Assembly: GCA_041917695.1 (NCBI GenBank)
Contig: JAYRXE010000037.1
Coordinates: forward strand, 609,013-673,012
Length of the DNA stretch: 64,000 nt
From: Minisyncoccota bacterium
GTDB taxonomy: Bacteria > Patescibacteriota > Minisyncoccia > UBA6257 > GWB1-50-10
Direction of reading: 5' to 3'
Part shown: positions 27,922 to 37,132 of the stretch, in pieces
How positions within the stretch are numbered: the stretch's first letter is position 1
Layout: each line of letters opens with the position of its first letter
Program-made: the position numbers and the translations under genes
Notes under the pieces: model-generated
Seen by the model: the letters and a program-made list of their open reading frames with translations, nothing else
What the model was told of the DNA's origin: nothing
Database searches by the model: none

Positions 27922-28004
27922 TGTTATTAGCATTTTGTCAATATATCGAATATCGTTGAACTGAGGCCCCTTTTATGCGATAGTGGAAAAACTCAAAGCC
28001 CCCT

Positions 28005-28739
28005 ATGGAACCCGACGTACGCAAACTCTCCTCGATCCTTATCGAGGCCATGCAGGTGAAGAACATGAGCCTCGAAAAGCTCGCCTCGGTTTCGGGCGTT
28101 TCCGAACGCTTCATCGAGCCGCTTTTGCGCGATGATTACGGCCGCATGCCCGCCTCTCCCTATCTCCACGGCTACATTTTGAAGATCTCCCAGGCGCTCG
28201 CGATAGATGGCGAATACATCTGGGAAAATTACTTCAAGGCGAGCGATGCCATCCGGAAAGCCGGGAAAAGCGACTCCTTGCCGCGCAACCGCTTCGAGAA
28301 GGTGCGCATCGACCGCAAATACATCGTCGGCGCCGTGCTCGCCCTCCTCGCGCTCGTCTATATCGTCTCGCGCGTCCAGGCGTATTTCAGCCCCCCGCCT
28401 TTGTCTCTGGAGGATTTCTCGGAAAACATGGTGGTCGACGATTCGACCTACACCGTGCGGGGCTCGACGGACCCCAAAAACCAGCTGTTCCTGAACGGCG
28501 AGCAGATTTACCCGGCCGAATCGGGAGCTTTCGAGCGGGAGATTGAGCTCCAGCCCGGCTTCAACGCCCTCTCGTTCAAAATCAAAAAATTCCTCGGGCG
28601 GGAATACGTGATTGAGCACCAGATCTATTGGAAGACGGCGACCTCGACGCGGGGAACCATCCCGGCACTTGAATCGTCTGCAGAAAGGGAGGAAAATAGT
28701 GAGGAAACGGCGACCAACACGGAAAATTCCGTCGAATAA
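28005..28739 (+). CDS. RodZ-like protein (N-terminal helix-turn-helix, single TM helix, C-terminal extracytoplasmic domain)
   Basis: HTH ([45 protein letters not shown]) resembling the RodZ HTH_25 domain. TM at about aa 110-130. Confidence 0.55.
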   Translation: MEPDVRKLSSILIEAMQVKNMSLEKLASVSGVSERFIEPLLRDDYGRMPASPYLHGYILKISQALAIDGEYIWENYFKASDAIRKAGKSDSLPRNRFEKVRIDRKYIVGAVLALLALVYIVSRVQAYFSPPPLSLEDFSENMVVDDSTYTVRGSTDPKNQLFLNGEQIYPAESGAFEREIELQPGFNALSFKIKKFLGREYVIEHQIYWKTATSTRGTIPALESSAEREENSEETATNTENSVE

Positions 28740-28749
28740 CCCACCAACA

Positions 28750-29787
28750 ATGCCTCCCGCAAAAAGATCGAAAGAAAAGGAATCCGATAAAGAAGGGAAA
28801 GCAGGCGACCTCGAGTCATTGATCGAGAACCTGAAGTCGCGTTTCGGCGAAGGCGCGATCATGAAGCTTGGCGATCAGCTTCATACGCGAGTCGAAACGA
28901 TTCCCTCGGGTTCCTTTTCTTTGGATTTGGCGCTCGGCGGGGGATTGCCGAAGGGGCGTATCATCGAAATCTACGGGCCGGAAAGCTCCGGCAAGACCAC
29001 GCTCGCGCTCCACGCCGTCGCCGAAGTCCAGCGGCGGGGCGGGAAAGCCGCATTCATAGACGCCGAGCACGCGCTTGATCCCGAGTACGCGACACGCATC
29101 GGCGTAAAGATCAAAGACCTTATCATCTCCCAGCCCGACAACGGCGAAGAAGCCCTTAATATCCTCGAATCGCTCGTCCGGAGCGGCATCATCAACATCA
29201 TCGTCGTCGACTCGGTCGCCGCGCTTACGCCGCGCGCCGAAATCGAAGGCGAAATGGGGCAATCGCATGTCGGCCTGCAGGCGCGCCTTCTTTCGCAAGC
29301 GCTTCGCAAGCTCACCGGCATCGCCGCAAAAACCGGAACTATTATCATCTTCATCAACCAGCTCCGCATGAAGATCGGCATCATGTTCGGCAACCCTGAA
29401 ACGACTCCCGGCGGCATGGCGCTCAAGTTTTATGCCTCAGTCCGCATCGACATCCGCCGCACCGCGCAGATGAAGAAAGGCGAGGACGTTATCGGAAGCC
29501 AAATCAAGACGAAGGTCGTCAAAAACAAAGTGGCGCCTCCGTTCAAGGTCGCCGAGTTCAGCATTCTTTACGGCGAAGGAATCTCCTACGAATTCGACGT
29601 TTTGAACACCGCGCTCAAGTACGGCGTCGTGCAAAAGGCCGGCGCGAGCTACAGCTTTGACGGCCAAAAGATAGCGGTCGGGATCGACGCGTCGCGCGAG
29701 AAGCTAAAGGAGGATAAAAAGATGCTTGAGGCCATACGAAAAAAAACCGTCGAAGCCTCCCGCAACCAGGAAAAGGAGAAAGAGTAA
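28750..29787 (+). CDS. recA: Recombinase RecA
   Basis: Walker A (GPESSGKTT) and the canonical RecA core ([12 protein letters not shown]...). The start is assigned to the ATG at 28750, 10 nt after the upstream stop. Confidence 0.9.
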   Translation: MPPAKRSKEKESDKEGKAGDLESLIENLKSRFGEGAIMKLGDQLHTRVETIPSGSFSLDLALGGGLPKGRIIEIYGPESSGKTTLALHAVAEVQRRGGKAAFIDAEHALDPEYATRIGVKIKDLIISQPDNGEEALNILESLVRSGIINIIVVDSVAALTPRAEIEGEMGQSHVGLQARLLSQALRKLTGIAAKTGTIIIFINQLRMKIGIMFGNPETTPGGMALKFYASVRIDIRRTAQMKKGEDVIGSQIKTKVVKNKVAPPFKVAEFSILYGEGISYEFDVLNTALKYGVVQKAGASYSFDGQKIAVGIDASREKLKEDKKMLEAIRKKTVEASRNQEKEKE

Positions 29788-29813
29788 AAAATCCGCTTCA
29801 TGCGGATTTTTTG
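29786..29813. terminator. Bidirectional terminator (AAAAAATCCGC-ttcat-GCGGATTTTTT)
   Basis: Hairpin with an A-tract and a T-tract, between the convergent recA and folD. Confidence 0.7.
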
Positions 29814-29820
29814 CCATGTA

Positions 29821-30669
29821 TTACGCTGTCTTCCGATAGAAACGGGGCTTTAGGCGCGGCTCGCCCTGCGCCCCCGCGAGCATAAAGAAATTCTCAAAAA
29901 GCTTTGCGACGAGAATAGGCCCCGTCCCGCCCGGCGTCGGCGTATAGGAAACCTGGCGGTAATCCGCAGAAGGAGTGAAATCGCCCATGATTCCGCCGTT
30001 TTTCGACCCGTATCCGAAATCTATGACGAGGGCGCGCTCGCGAAGCATCGAACCGGTTACGAGGCCGGGCGCGCCGGCCCCCAAGACGACGACGTCGGCT
30101 TTTTTGATAAGCTCCATATCGCTTCCCTTGTCGAGCAAAAAGACTTCTTTCGCTTTCCCCATTGCATAATGCGCGACGGGACGCCCCACGAGCCTCCCGA
30201 GCCCCACGATTGCAACCACGGCATTTTCAATTTCCACGCCAGCGTCCTGAAACACTTCGATGAACGTCCCGACGGCGGGGGGAAGCACGGTGCCCCGTCC
30301 GGCATAAAATGCGCCGAGCGCGCGTTCGCCGAGCACGTCCGCATCCTTTTCCTTGGGAATCGCGTTCAAGGCATATTGGGCGTCTGCGGGAGAGGGAAGG
30401 GGGAGCTGGAGTATTGCCGCCCCGCAGGCGTTTCCTTCGGCAATGTTTTTTATTTTTTTCCGCAAATCGTCGCGGGAAATCGTTTCGGGAAAACGGTAGA
30501 TGCGGTAATCCACGCCGAGCGCGTCAGCCGTCTTCTTTTTCTGCTCCTGGAATTTTTTTGCTGCGGGATTATCGCCCACGATAAACGCCGCCAGGAATTT
30601 CCGCGTCTCTTTCCCTTCGAGGCGCGCAAGAACTTTCTCCGCAATTGCTTTTCCGTCTATTTTTTTCAT
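29821..30669 (-). CDS. folD: Bifunctional methylenetetrahydrofolate dehydrogenase/cyclohydrolase
   Basis: YTPTPGGTGPILVA and the Rossmann motif (GLGRLVGRP). Confidence 0.9.
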   Translation of the reverse strand: MKKIDGKAIAEKVLARLEGKETRKFLAAFIVGDNPAAKKFQEQKKKTADALGVDYRIYRFPETISRDDLRKKIKNIAEGNACGAAILQLPLPSPADAQYALNAIPKEKDADVLGERALGAFYAGRGTVLPPAVGTFIEVFQDAGVEIENAVVAIVGLGRLVGRPVAHYAMGKAKEVFLLDKGSDMELIKKADVVVLGAGAPGLVTGSMLRERALVIDFGYGSKNGGIMGDFTPSADYRQVSYTPTPGGTGPILVAKLFENFFMLAGAQGEPRLKPRFYRKTA

Positions 30670-31415
30670 GCGCTGAAACGAGTGATGAAGTTAGTTATCA
30701 TTTTTTTACCCATGGCGTCAGCCGGCTTAAGGGATGAGATGAATTTCTTGAAATCCTTTTCGCCTAAAAACCCTTCCTCAATTAACTTTGATTTTCTCAT
30801 TCGCGCAAGTCGGGCGATATGGGCCTTCGTAAGTTCCGGATGAAACTGGGTCAATCGAATAGCATCCCCAATCGCAATGGCTTCAATTTTCGTTTTGCGG
30901 GAGGTGGCGAGAAGAATGGAACCGATAGGCAATCTCTTCACCATGCATTTGTGGCTTTCCTGCGCTAAAAAGTTTACGGGGATGCCCTTAAAGAAAAAAT
31001 CCTTTCGGCCTGCTGGCAAAAGCCGCATGGACTTGGTTCCCATATCCCTGCCGGCGGGATTATAGACGACCGATCCTCCAAGCGCGCGAACGGTAAACTG
31101 CAGACCGCCACAGAATCCGACGATGGGGACGTGATTGCGGACAGCCCTTCGAATGAAGGAAAATGTCCTTTCTACCCACGGCCGTTCGCGCTTTTTGGTG
31201 ACATCGGCCAGTGAGCCACCCATGACGATAAAACGCACATCCTTGAGGGAAGGAAAGGGCCCTGTAAAGCAATTGATTTCCAAAAACTCGCGATGAGGGA
31301 TTTTAAACCGGTTCCGAAAATATTCTCCGTACGTTTTTCCCGCGTAGATTCTTTTTTCGATTTCTTTCTCATGCGTGCCGAGGATATTGAGAAAAAGCAC
31401 TTTCTTTTTTGGCAT
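30666..31415 (-). CDS. Class-I glutamine amidotransferase-like protein (GATase1 domain), function unknown
   Basis: GFCGGLQ nucleophile elbow and an FHPE His-Glu pair. It overlaps the folD start by 4 nt. Confidence 0.6.
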   Translation of the reverse strand: MPKKKVLFLNILGTHEKEIEKRIYAGKTYGEYFRNRFKIPHREFLEINCFTGPFPSLKDVRFIVMGGSLADVTKKRERPWVERTFSFIRRAVRNHVPIVGFCGGLQFTVRALGGSVVYNPAGRDMGTKSMRLLPAGRKDFFFKGIPVNFLAQESHKCMVKRLPIGSILLATSRKTKIEAIAIGDAIRLTQFHPELTKAHIARLARMRKSKLIEEGFLGEKDFKKFISSLKPADAMGKKMITNFITRFSA

Positions 31416-31416
31416 A

Positions 31417-32562
31417 CTACGAAAGGACGGCGTTTATCTTTTCAGCAAGCTCCTTCATGTCTTTTTCCTTCATCCCCCGCGTCGTTACGGCCGGCGTGCC
31501 GATGCGGATGCCGGAAGGGTCGTGCGGTTTCCGGGAATCGAAGGGCAGTAAATTCTTATTGACGATGATTCCCGCGCGTTCGAGGCGCTCCGTCGCTTCT
31601 TTTCCCGTTATTCCGCGTGAAACCGTATCAAGGAGAAACAGGTGCGTATCCGTGCCTCCGGAAACCACCCGCCACCCGAGGCGGATAAGCTCTCCCGAAA
31701 GCATGCGAGCGTTTTTGACCACCTGCTCTGCGTATTTTTTGAACGCAGGCTTGCGCGCCTCGCGAAGCGCCACGCCGACCGCCATGATGGCGTTCGCGTG
31801 GGGACCGCCCTGGATGCCGGGAAAGACCGCTTTTTCAATTTTCGGAAAGATCTCTTTCCTCGCGAAGATAAGCGCAGCGCGGGGACCGCGGAGCGTCTTA
31901 TGCGTCGTCGAGGTGACGACATCCGCATACGGAAAAGGCGAGGGATGGGCTCCGCCGGCGATAAGCCCGGCAATATGCGCCATATCGACCATGAGAAAGG
32001 CGCCGACGGAATCCGCAATAGCACGGAATTTTTTGAAATCGATGGTACGCGAATACGCGCTCCCCCCTGCGATAATGAGCGCGGGCTTTTCCCGCCGGGC
32101 GATCTTTGCAAGCATACCGTAATCGAGCCGTTCCGTTTTTCTATCAACCCCATACGGAATTTGGCGCCACCATGCGCCGGTAATACTTACCCGGCTCCCA
32201 TGCGTGAGGTGCCCGCCCATCGAAAGGTCCATTGCCATGATTTTTTTGCCCGGAGGCACGAGCGCGTACAAGACGGCAAGATTCGCGATCGAGCCCGAAT
32301 ACGCCTGTACGTCCACTCCCCATGATGCGCCCGAAAGCCCGAAAAGTTTTAGCGCGCTTTCCTTCACCGCATCCTCGAGCGCATCCACGTGCTCGTTTCC
32401 CGCGTAATACCGCATTCGGCTTTTTCCCTCGGCATACTTATTCGTAAAAACGGAACCGAGGGCGCGTAACACGTCTTTGGAAACGAAATTTTCCGACGCG
32501 ATGAGGTTTATCGCATTCTTCTGCCGGCGAGCTTCTTTCTTTTCAAGAAGAAAAAAATCCAT
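31417..32562 (-). CDS. glyA: Serine hydroxymethyltransferase (short form)
   Basis: PLP-lysine motif (VVTSTTHKTLRGPRAALI) and N-terminal LIASENF. Confidence 0.9.
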   Translation of the reverse strand: MDFFLLEKKEARRQKNAINLIASENFVSKDVLRALGSVFTNKYAEGKSRMRYYAGNEHVDALEDAVKESALKLFGLSGASWGVDVQAYSGSIANLAVLYALVPPGKKIMAMDLSMGGHLTHGSRVSITGAWWRQIPYGVDRKTERLDYGMLAKIARREKPALIIAGGSAYSRTIDFKKFRAIADSVGAFLMVDMAHIAGLIAGGAHPSPFPYADVVTSTTHKTLRGPRAALIFARKEIFPKIEKAVFPGIQGGPHANAIMAVGVALREARKPAFKKYAEQVVKNARMLSGELIRLGWRVVSGGTDTHLFLLDTVSRGITGKEATERLERAGIIVNKNLLPFDSRKPHDPSGIRIGTPAVTTRGMKEKDMKELAEKINAVLS

Positions 32563-32743
32563 TGCCTCGATTCTAACAAAAAAGCCGCCATTATACAGGC
32601 GGCGGGGAATCGGACCGGGGACTTCTAATTACCGAAAAGAAACGAAGCCTCCCACAGAATCATCGAAAGGATGATGAATGAGACGACGACAACGGCGACA
32701 ATCCGTTTGCGGCGTTCGCGCTTTGAAGAGGTATGCATGCGGT

Positions 32744-33313
32744 TTAGAAAAGTCCCATTTGCGGCGCCGGGGGCGCTTCCTCGTATTTCAGCTCGACCTT
32801 GGCCATCTGCGGATTGTTCCGCTGGGGGACCCACAAGTACCCCTGCCTCACGATGAGATCGAATATCTCCTTCGTGATCTTCACGTCCTGTTTGCAATAG
32901 TCCTTGAGCTTCTGCATCTCGCCGCGCGCGTACCAATCGATAGCATCGAGCCCGTGTCCCGTCTTTTTTATCCCTAAGTTCGCCTCGCCCAGAAGGTCGA
33001 GCGAAATGCGCCGGCCGAAACTTTTTTCTATCTCGTCCAGGATATCGAAATGGGGGATCGCCTCGAGATTGAAGTTGAAATATTTGTTCAAGACCGGTAC
33101 GTCAAACTTCTTGCTGTAAAATCCGATGATGAGTCCCGCCTTTTTCATCATCTCCTCCAACACGGGAAGCTCCTGCTCTTCAAAACAGAAATATTCGTCG
33201 CGGTCATAGGAATATGCGCCCACGACGGAGATATCCAGCTTCAACAAGTCGTTTTGCACGTTCGGATCGGAAAGAATATTTTTCGTTTCTATATCAAATA
33301 CGATTTTATCCAT
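32744..33313 (-). CDS. DEDD-family 3'-5' exonuclease (RNase H-like fold)
   Basis: The Exo I motif FDIET is at the N-terminus, and a downstream Y/H-containing motif is present. A minus-strand terminator lies at about 32580-32612. Confidence 0.55.
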   Translation of the reverse strand: MDKIVFDIETKNILSDPNVQNDLLKLDISVVGAYSYDRDEYFCFEEQELPVLEEMMKKAGLIIGFYSKKFDVPVLNKYFNFNLEAIPHFDILDEIEKSFGRRISLDLLGEANLGIKKTGHGLDAIDWYARGEMQKLKDYCKQDVKITKEIFDLIVRQGYLWVPQRNNPQMAKVELKYEEAPPAPQMGLF

Positions 33314-33384
33314 TGGGATTCACCTTATCGCCTGTCACCCGACGCGTCAAATAAAATGCCGCATTTCTGCGGCATTGTGTTCAA

Positions 33385-35229
33385 TTAATCGTTCAATTCC
33401 TTGGCAAGCATTTCTGCCTCTTCCACTAAGGCGCCCAGGCCTATCGCTATCCCGCTTTCCCAGAATTCCCGTTTTTCCGGATGCAATCCGAAAGGAGCAA
33501 GGAGCTCGTTCAGGTTTTTCGTACCGCCTGCGGAAAGCAATTCAAGATACGGCGTTTCAAACGCATCGCCCATCTCCCGCCATTTTGCATACAACCCCTG
33601 CGCCACCATGTGGCCGAAGGGGTAACTGTACACGTAAAACGGCCTGTACGCATGAAGATGCGGAATAAGCGCCCACATATGACTCGTATCCTCATAGGTG
33701 AACACATCGCCATCGGGACCGTAAAAGCGTTCCAACACCGAATGCCAGAGCGCGTCATAGTCGGCCGATGAGCGTTTCCTCACATCTCCCCATTCTGCAT
33801 ATCGCGCATCCATGCCGTGCATGCACCGTTCGAAGTCCGATATGCATACCTGGCGTATCACCGTCGAAATCATGTCATCAATCTTTCTCATGATGAGCGT
33901 TAAGAGTTCGCGTTTCTCGCCGGCGCTTTTCAAGCGTTCTTTCAGGAGGTCAAAGGTTGCCATTTCGCCGAATATGGACGCCGTCTCGCAATAGGCGATC
34001 GGTGAGCGCCACATGAGCTGGCCCTGCGCTTTCATGGAGAGCTCGGCATGGATGCCGTGCCCCGTTTCATGCGCATACACCATCACATCGCGCGGACTGC
34101 CGAGATAATTCAAGAAGGTAAAGGCCGCCGGACCATCCCGGAGCATGAGAAACCCCAGATTGAAAGCGCCTCTCCTTCTTTTTTCATCCACGTGCGCGTC
34201 CACCCGTCCTTTACGAAGTGCGCGTTCTGCAATGCGTTGCATCGTTTTACTGACGCGTCCGTACGCTTCAAAAACAATGTTCGCCGCCTCGGAAAAGGGA
34301 ATGATATGCGAACTTTTGCCCACCGGAGCATACACATCGCTCCACGCAAGCTTTGGAAGCCCCAATACAGCCGCCTTGAGGCGTCCGTACCGTAGAACAA
34401 GGGGCAGGCATTTTTCCCGCACCACCTCATGCAACATATCCACCGTTTCGTTGGTCAGCTTATTCTCTTCGTTGCGCGGTTCCATCGGCGTCCGGTACGC
34501 GCGGTCTTTCCATTCCACACTCCAGCCGCCTGCAATCCCGTACAAGGTTTGCGCCATGTATTCCGCATATATCCCACCTAACGCATCGTTGGTCGCTTTC
34601 AGGGCTTCTGCGCGCTCTTCCACAGACGCGGAAGTCTTTAAGAGACTTTGAAGCTTGGTAATTGTCGCCTTCTCCCCGTTAAAGGTAAGCGGCAGCAACT
34701 TTTCAAGCTCGCCCGAGAAATTGCTCAGCAGCATCGGCCCATAGGAAAGCCTTCGTGCCAGCGCCGCTTCCACCGCTTCGGGAAGCAGATGATTTTTCCG
34801 TAAACGAACCGCACCAATATACGGCTTATGCTTCAACACGTAGTCGTCTTTGAGATACCAGCCCTGAAGCACGTCTTCATCCAATGCGGCAAGTTCAATT
34901 TCAAAGAAGGCGGTGTTGCTCAAAAAGTCATCGATGGCACGCTCGACGCGCGCCTTCATTTTCTTAATGGGCTCGCTCGTAACGTCCAGGTCGTGCTGTA
35001 AGCTCACAAACCCTTCAATCTTCTCGACAAATCTCCCGCATGCGTCGTATTCAACAAGGGCTTCATAGAGATTGCTCTCCAATTTTCCTTTGTGCTTTTC
35101 GGCAAAAATCATCGATTCAAAGCTGATACGGTCTATATCGCTATCAAGCTCCAGATCGCCGATGCCTTTATAGAGAAAGCCTAAATCGAATCGCACGTTT
35201 TCCGTGCCCAGGTTTTTTATTTCGTTCAT
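33385..35229 (-). CDS. pepF: Oligoendopeptidase F (M3B family)
   Basis: HETGHGIH zinc-binding HExxH. Length 614 aa. Confidence 0.85.
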   Translation of the reverse strand: MNEIKNLGTENVRFDLGFLYKGIGDLELDSDIDRISFESMIFAEKHKGKLESNLYEALVEYDACGRFVEKIEGFVSLQHDLDVTSEPIKKMKARVERAIDDFLSNTAFFEIELAALDEDVLQGWYLKDDYVLKHKPYIGAVRLRKNHLLPEAVEAALARRLSYGPMLLSNFSGELEKLLPLTFNGEKATITKLQSLLKTSASVEERAEALKATNDALGGIYAEYMAQTLYGIAGGWSVEWKDRAYRTPMEPRNEENKLTNETVDMLHEVVREKCLPLVLRYGRLKAAVLGLPKLAWSDVYAPVGKSSHIIPFSEAANIVFEAYGRVSKTMQRIAERALRKGRVDAHVDEKRRRGAFNLGFLMLRDGPAAFTFLNYLGSPRDVMVYAHETGHGIHAELSMKAQGQLMWRSPIAYCETASIFGEMATFDLLKERLKSAGEKRELLTLIMRKIDDMISTVIRQVCISDFERCMHGMDARYAEWGDVRKRSSADYDALWHSVLERFYGPDGDVFTYEDTSHMWALIPHLHAYRPFYVYSYPFGHMVAQGLYAKWREMGDAFETPYLELLSAGGTKNLNELLAPFGLHPEKREFWESGIAIGLGALVEEAEMLAKELND

Positions 35230-35376
35230 TTTTCCTTCCGAATAAAGTTTTTAAATTAGAATCAGCTGTATATTAAATACAATTTTTTCTTAAAAAAGTC
35301 AATTACTCCGCCGTTGACGCGCAGGGAAAACACGGGCAGATTGAAGCCAGTAATTAACCAACTAAAAAGGACCAGC

Positions 35377-35952
35377 ATGGAACGTACCAAAGCTAAAAGC
35401 GAAAAAGCATTCGAAGAAAGACTCACATATCTTACCGCGACCTCAAAGCGGAAGCAGGCGCTCTACCGGAAAGGAATCGGTTTTTTCACGAGGCAAAAGA
35501 AACATCCCTTTCTTTTTCCGTGGCTTCTCCGGAAAGCCCGCGAAGAACTCGAGTTCTTCCCCGTCCCCGTACCCCGGAGTGCAGAAGCGAACGAAAGCCG
35601 AAAGCGCCTCACGGTGATTTTCGAGATTTTCACCTTTATCGCTCCCACGGCTCGCCCCGGCGAGATAATCCGCCTCCTGTATCTTCCTGAAATGCTTTTA
35701 CCCGTAAACCACGAATGGGGGATGGTTATTCTGAACATCCTCAAAAAATCCGGAGCCTACCAAGACCTGCGGAAAATTCATGTGTTCATGGAACTTGCCC
35801 GCAAGGTCAAAAATGAAAAATCACGCCGCGCACTGCGCGATGCCTCGCGGGAAGCCGCCCATTCGATCTACCTGCGCGAGCGGGAACGCCCGCTTTCGAC
35901 TGCCCTTCGGAAAGGAATGGAAAACACCTATCGCGCCATACAAAGCTATTAA
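35377..35952 (+). CDS. Hypothetical basic protein
   Basis: ATG at 35377 with AAGG 6 nt upstream. The track ORF starting with TTG at 35314 is probably over-extended. Tandem hairpins lie downstream (35952-35985, 36033-36062). Confidence 0.4.
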   Translation: MERTKAKSEKAFEERLTYLTATSKRKQALYRKGIGFFTRQKKHPFLFPWLLRKAREELEFFPVPVPRSAEANESRKRLTVIFEIFTFIAPTARPGEIIRLLYLPEMLLPVNHEWGMVILNILKKSGAYQDLRKIHVFMELARKVKNEKSRRALRDASREAAHSIYLRERERPLSTALRKGMENTYRAIQSY

Positions 35953-36032
35953 AACCTGCACACGCGGGTTTTTATTTTCATTGAAATCATCTCCGCCGCT
36001 CCCGACCCGATACGGGTTCGAATCCTTGCAAA

Positions 36033-36062
36033 AAAATGCCGGAATAAATCCGGCATTTTGCT
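36033..36062. terminator. Bidirectional terminator (ATGCCGGA-ataa-ATCCGGCAT flanked by A7 and T tracts). It terminates the minus-strand tRNA operon
   Basis: 8-bp stem. The U-tract is on the minus strand directly after the tRNA-Val 3' end. Confidence 0.7.
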
Positions 36063-36065
36063 TTG

Positions 36066-36139
36066 TGGGCGGTCGAGGATTCGAACCCCGGGCCTACTCG
36101 GTGTAAACGAGTCGCTCTAACCAACTGAGCTAACCGCCC
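36066..36139 (-). tRNA. tRNA-Val (anticodon UAC)
   Basis: Manual fold: acceptor GGGCGGT/ACCGCCC, D-arm GCTC-AGTTGGTTA-GAGC, anticodon loop TTTACAC, T-arm CGGGG-TTCGAAT-CCTCG, discriminator A. 74 nt. CCA is not encoded. Confidence 0.85.
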
Positions 36140-36154
36140 GTAACGCCCTTCCGG

Positions 36155-36227
36155 TGGGTCAGGAAGGATTTGAACCTTCGGTCGCCGAGGTATAAGCTCG
36201 GTGCTTTAACCACTAAGCTACTGACCC
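36155..36227 (-). tRNA. tRNA-Ile with anticodon UAU (reads AUA without a lysidine-modified CAU)
   Basis: Manual fold: acceptor GGGTCAG/CTGACCC, D-arm GCTT-AGTGGTTA-AAGC, anticodon stem CCGAG/CTCGG with loop CTTATAC (anticodon positions 34-36 = TAT), T-arm GAAGG-TTCAAAT-CCTTC. 73 nt. Confidence 0.65.
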
Positions 36228-36352
36228 GCGTTATGGCATAAGGAGAATAGCATTCGCCAACCGTCTCGTACAAGTACTCCGCCGTTGACTTCCCGCACAG
36301 GAGCGCGGTACATTTCTTTTGCTCACTTAACAACACTAATAGGAGAAAGAAG

Positions 36353-37096
36353 GTGTCTATGAAGTATCTCGGCATTACCGGCTTTACCCGCAAAGAGGAA
36401 GTTGAGGAGATCTTATCAGCTCTCCCCGCAACAACCCCTCCCACATCTATCATGATTGGCGTGCTTGCAAGCCAAAACACATTATATGGCGGAAAAGACA
36501 AGTATCCGAACCGCTACCCGTGCGTTACCGATATCGCATCGATTTTTTGCCGCGACAAACGGGCATTGAATCTCATCCATTACCACACCCCAGCCAAAGA
36601 CAATGATTTGCTCGCCGAACTTGAAACCCTCAAGGACCTTAGCGGACCCCTCATGCATGGTTTTCAGTTGAATATCGCATGGCCGAACCCTCTTACCGTT
36701 GAAAAATACGTTCAAAAATATCCCTTCCAAAAAATCGTTTTGCAGGTAGGCGCAAACGCCATGCAACTCGTCGAACACGACCCAGACGAACTCGCCCGCC
36801 GGCTCAAGGCATATGACGGGCTGATTTCTTCGGTACTGCTCGATATGAGCGGCGGCAGGGGAGAGATTCTCGATCCCGCCCAGTTGGGTGATTTTCTTGA
36901 CCGCTTGAACGGGTTCAGCATCGCGGTCGCCGGAGGCCTTTGCACGGAACATCTTCCCGTTATACGCCCGCTTCTTGAACAACACCCCCATCTCTCAATA
37001 GATGCTGAGGGAAAGTTGAGAGATGAGCACGACGTGCTCGATCTCACCGAGACAAAAGCGTACGCTCTCGACGGACTGAAGCTTTTATACCCATAA
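36353..37096 (+). CDS. TIM-barrel-like protein, weakly phosphoribosylanthranilate-isomerase-like; hypothetical
   Basis: AGGAGAAAGAAGG ribosome-binding site. C-terminal LLDMSGGRGE...AVAGGL resembles TrpF phosphate-binding segments. The start is GTG at 36353 or ATG at 36359. Confidence 0.45.
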   Translation: MSMKYLGITGFTRKEEVEEILSALPATTPPTSIMIGVLASQNTLYGGKDKYPNRYPCVTDIASIFCRDKRALNLIHYHTPAKDNDLLAELETLKDLSGPLMHGFQLNIAWPNPLTVEKYVQKYPFQKIVLQVGANAMQLVEHDPDELARRLKAYDGLISSVLLDMSGGRGEILDPAQLGDFLDRLNGFSIAVAGGLCTEHLPVIRPLLEQHPHLSIDAEGKLRDEHDVLDLTETKAYALDGLKLLYP

Positions 37097-37104
37097 AAAT
37101 AAAA

Positions 37105-37131
37105 GGAAAACCCCGCTCTGCGGGGTTTTAC
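37105..37131. terminator. Bidirectional terminator (AAAACCCCG-ctctg-CGGGGTTTT)
   Basis: Between the convergent 36353 gene and ftsH. Confidence 0.7.
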
Positions 37132-37132
37132 G

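Noticed and set aside
28612-28749. Track start of recA at 28612 and of rpsO at 48916, xerC at 49290, rsmA at 54970
   Set aside because: These are over-extended upstream into neighbouring genes or promoters. Internal Met codons give canonical N-termini for each family.
36014-36026. GGGTTCGAATCCT on the plus strand, identical to the T-arm of the nearby tRNA-Val; possible tRNA fragment or att remnant
   Set aside because: The surrounding sequence cannot form a T-stem or acceptor stem. The core TTCGAA is palindromic and common. It is on the opposite strand to the tRNA.
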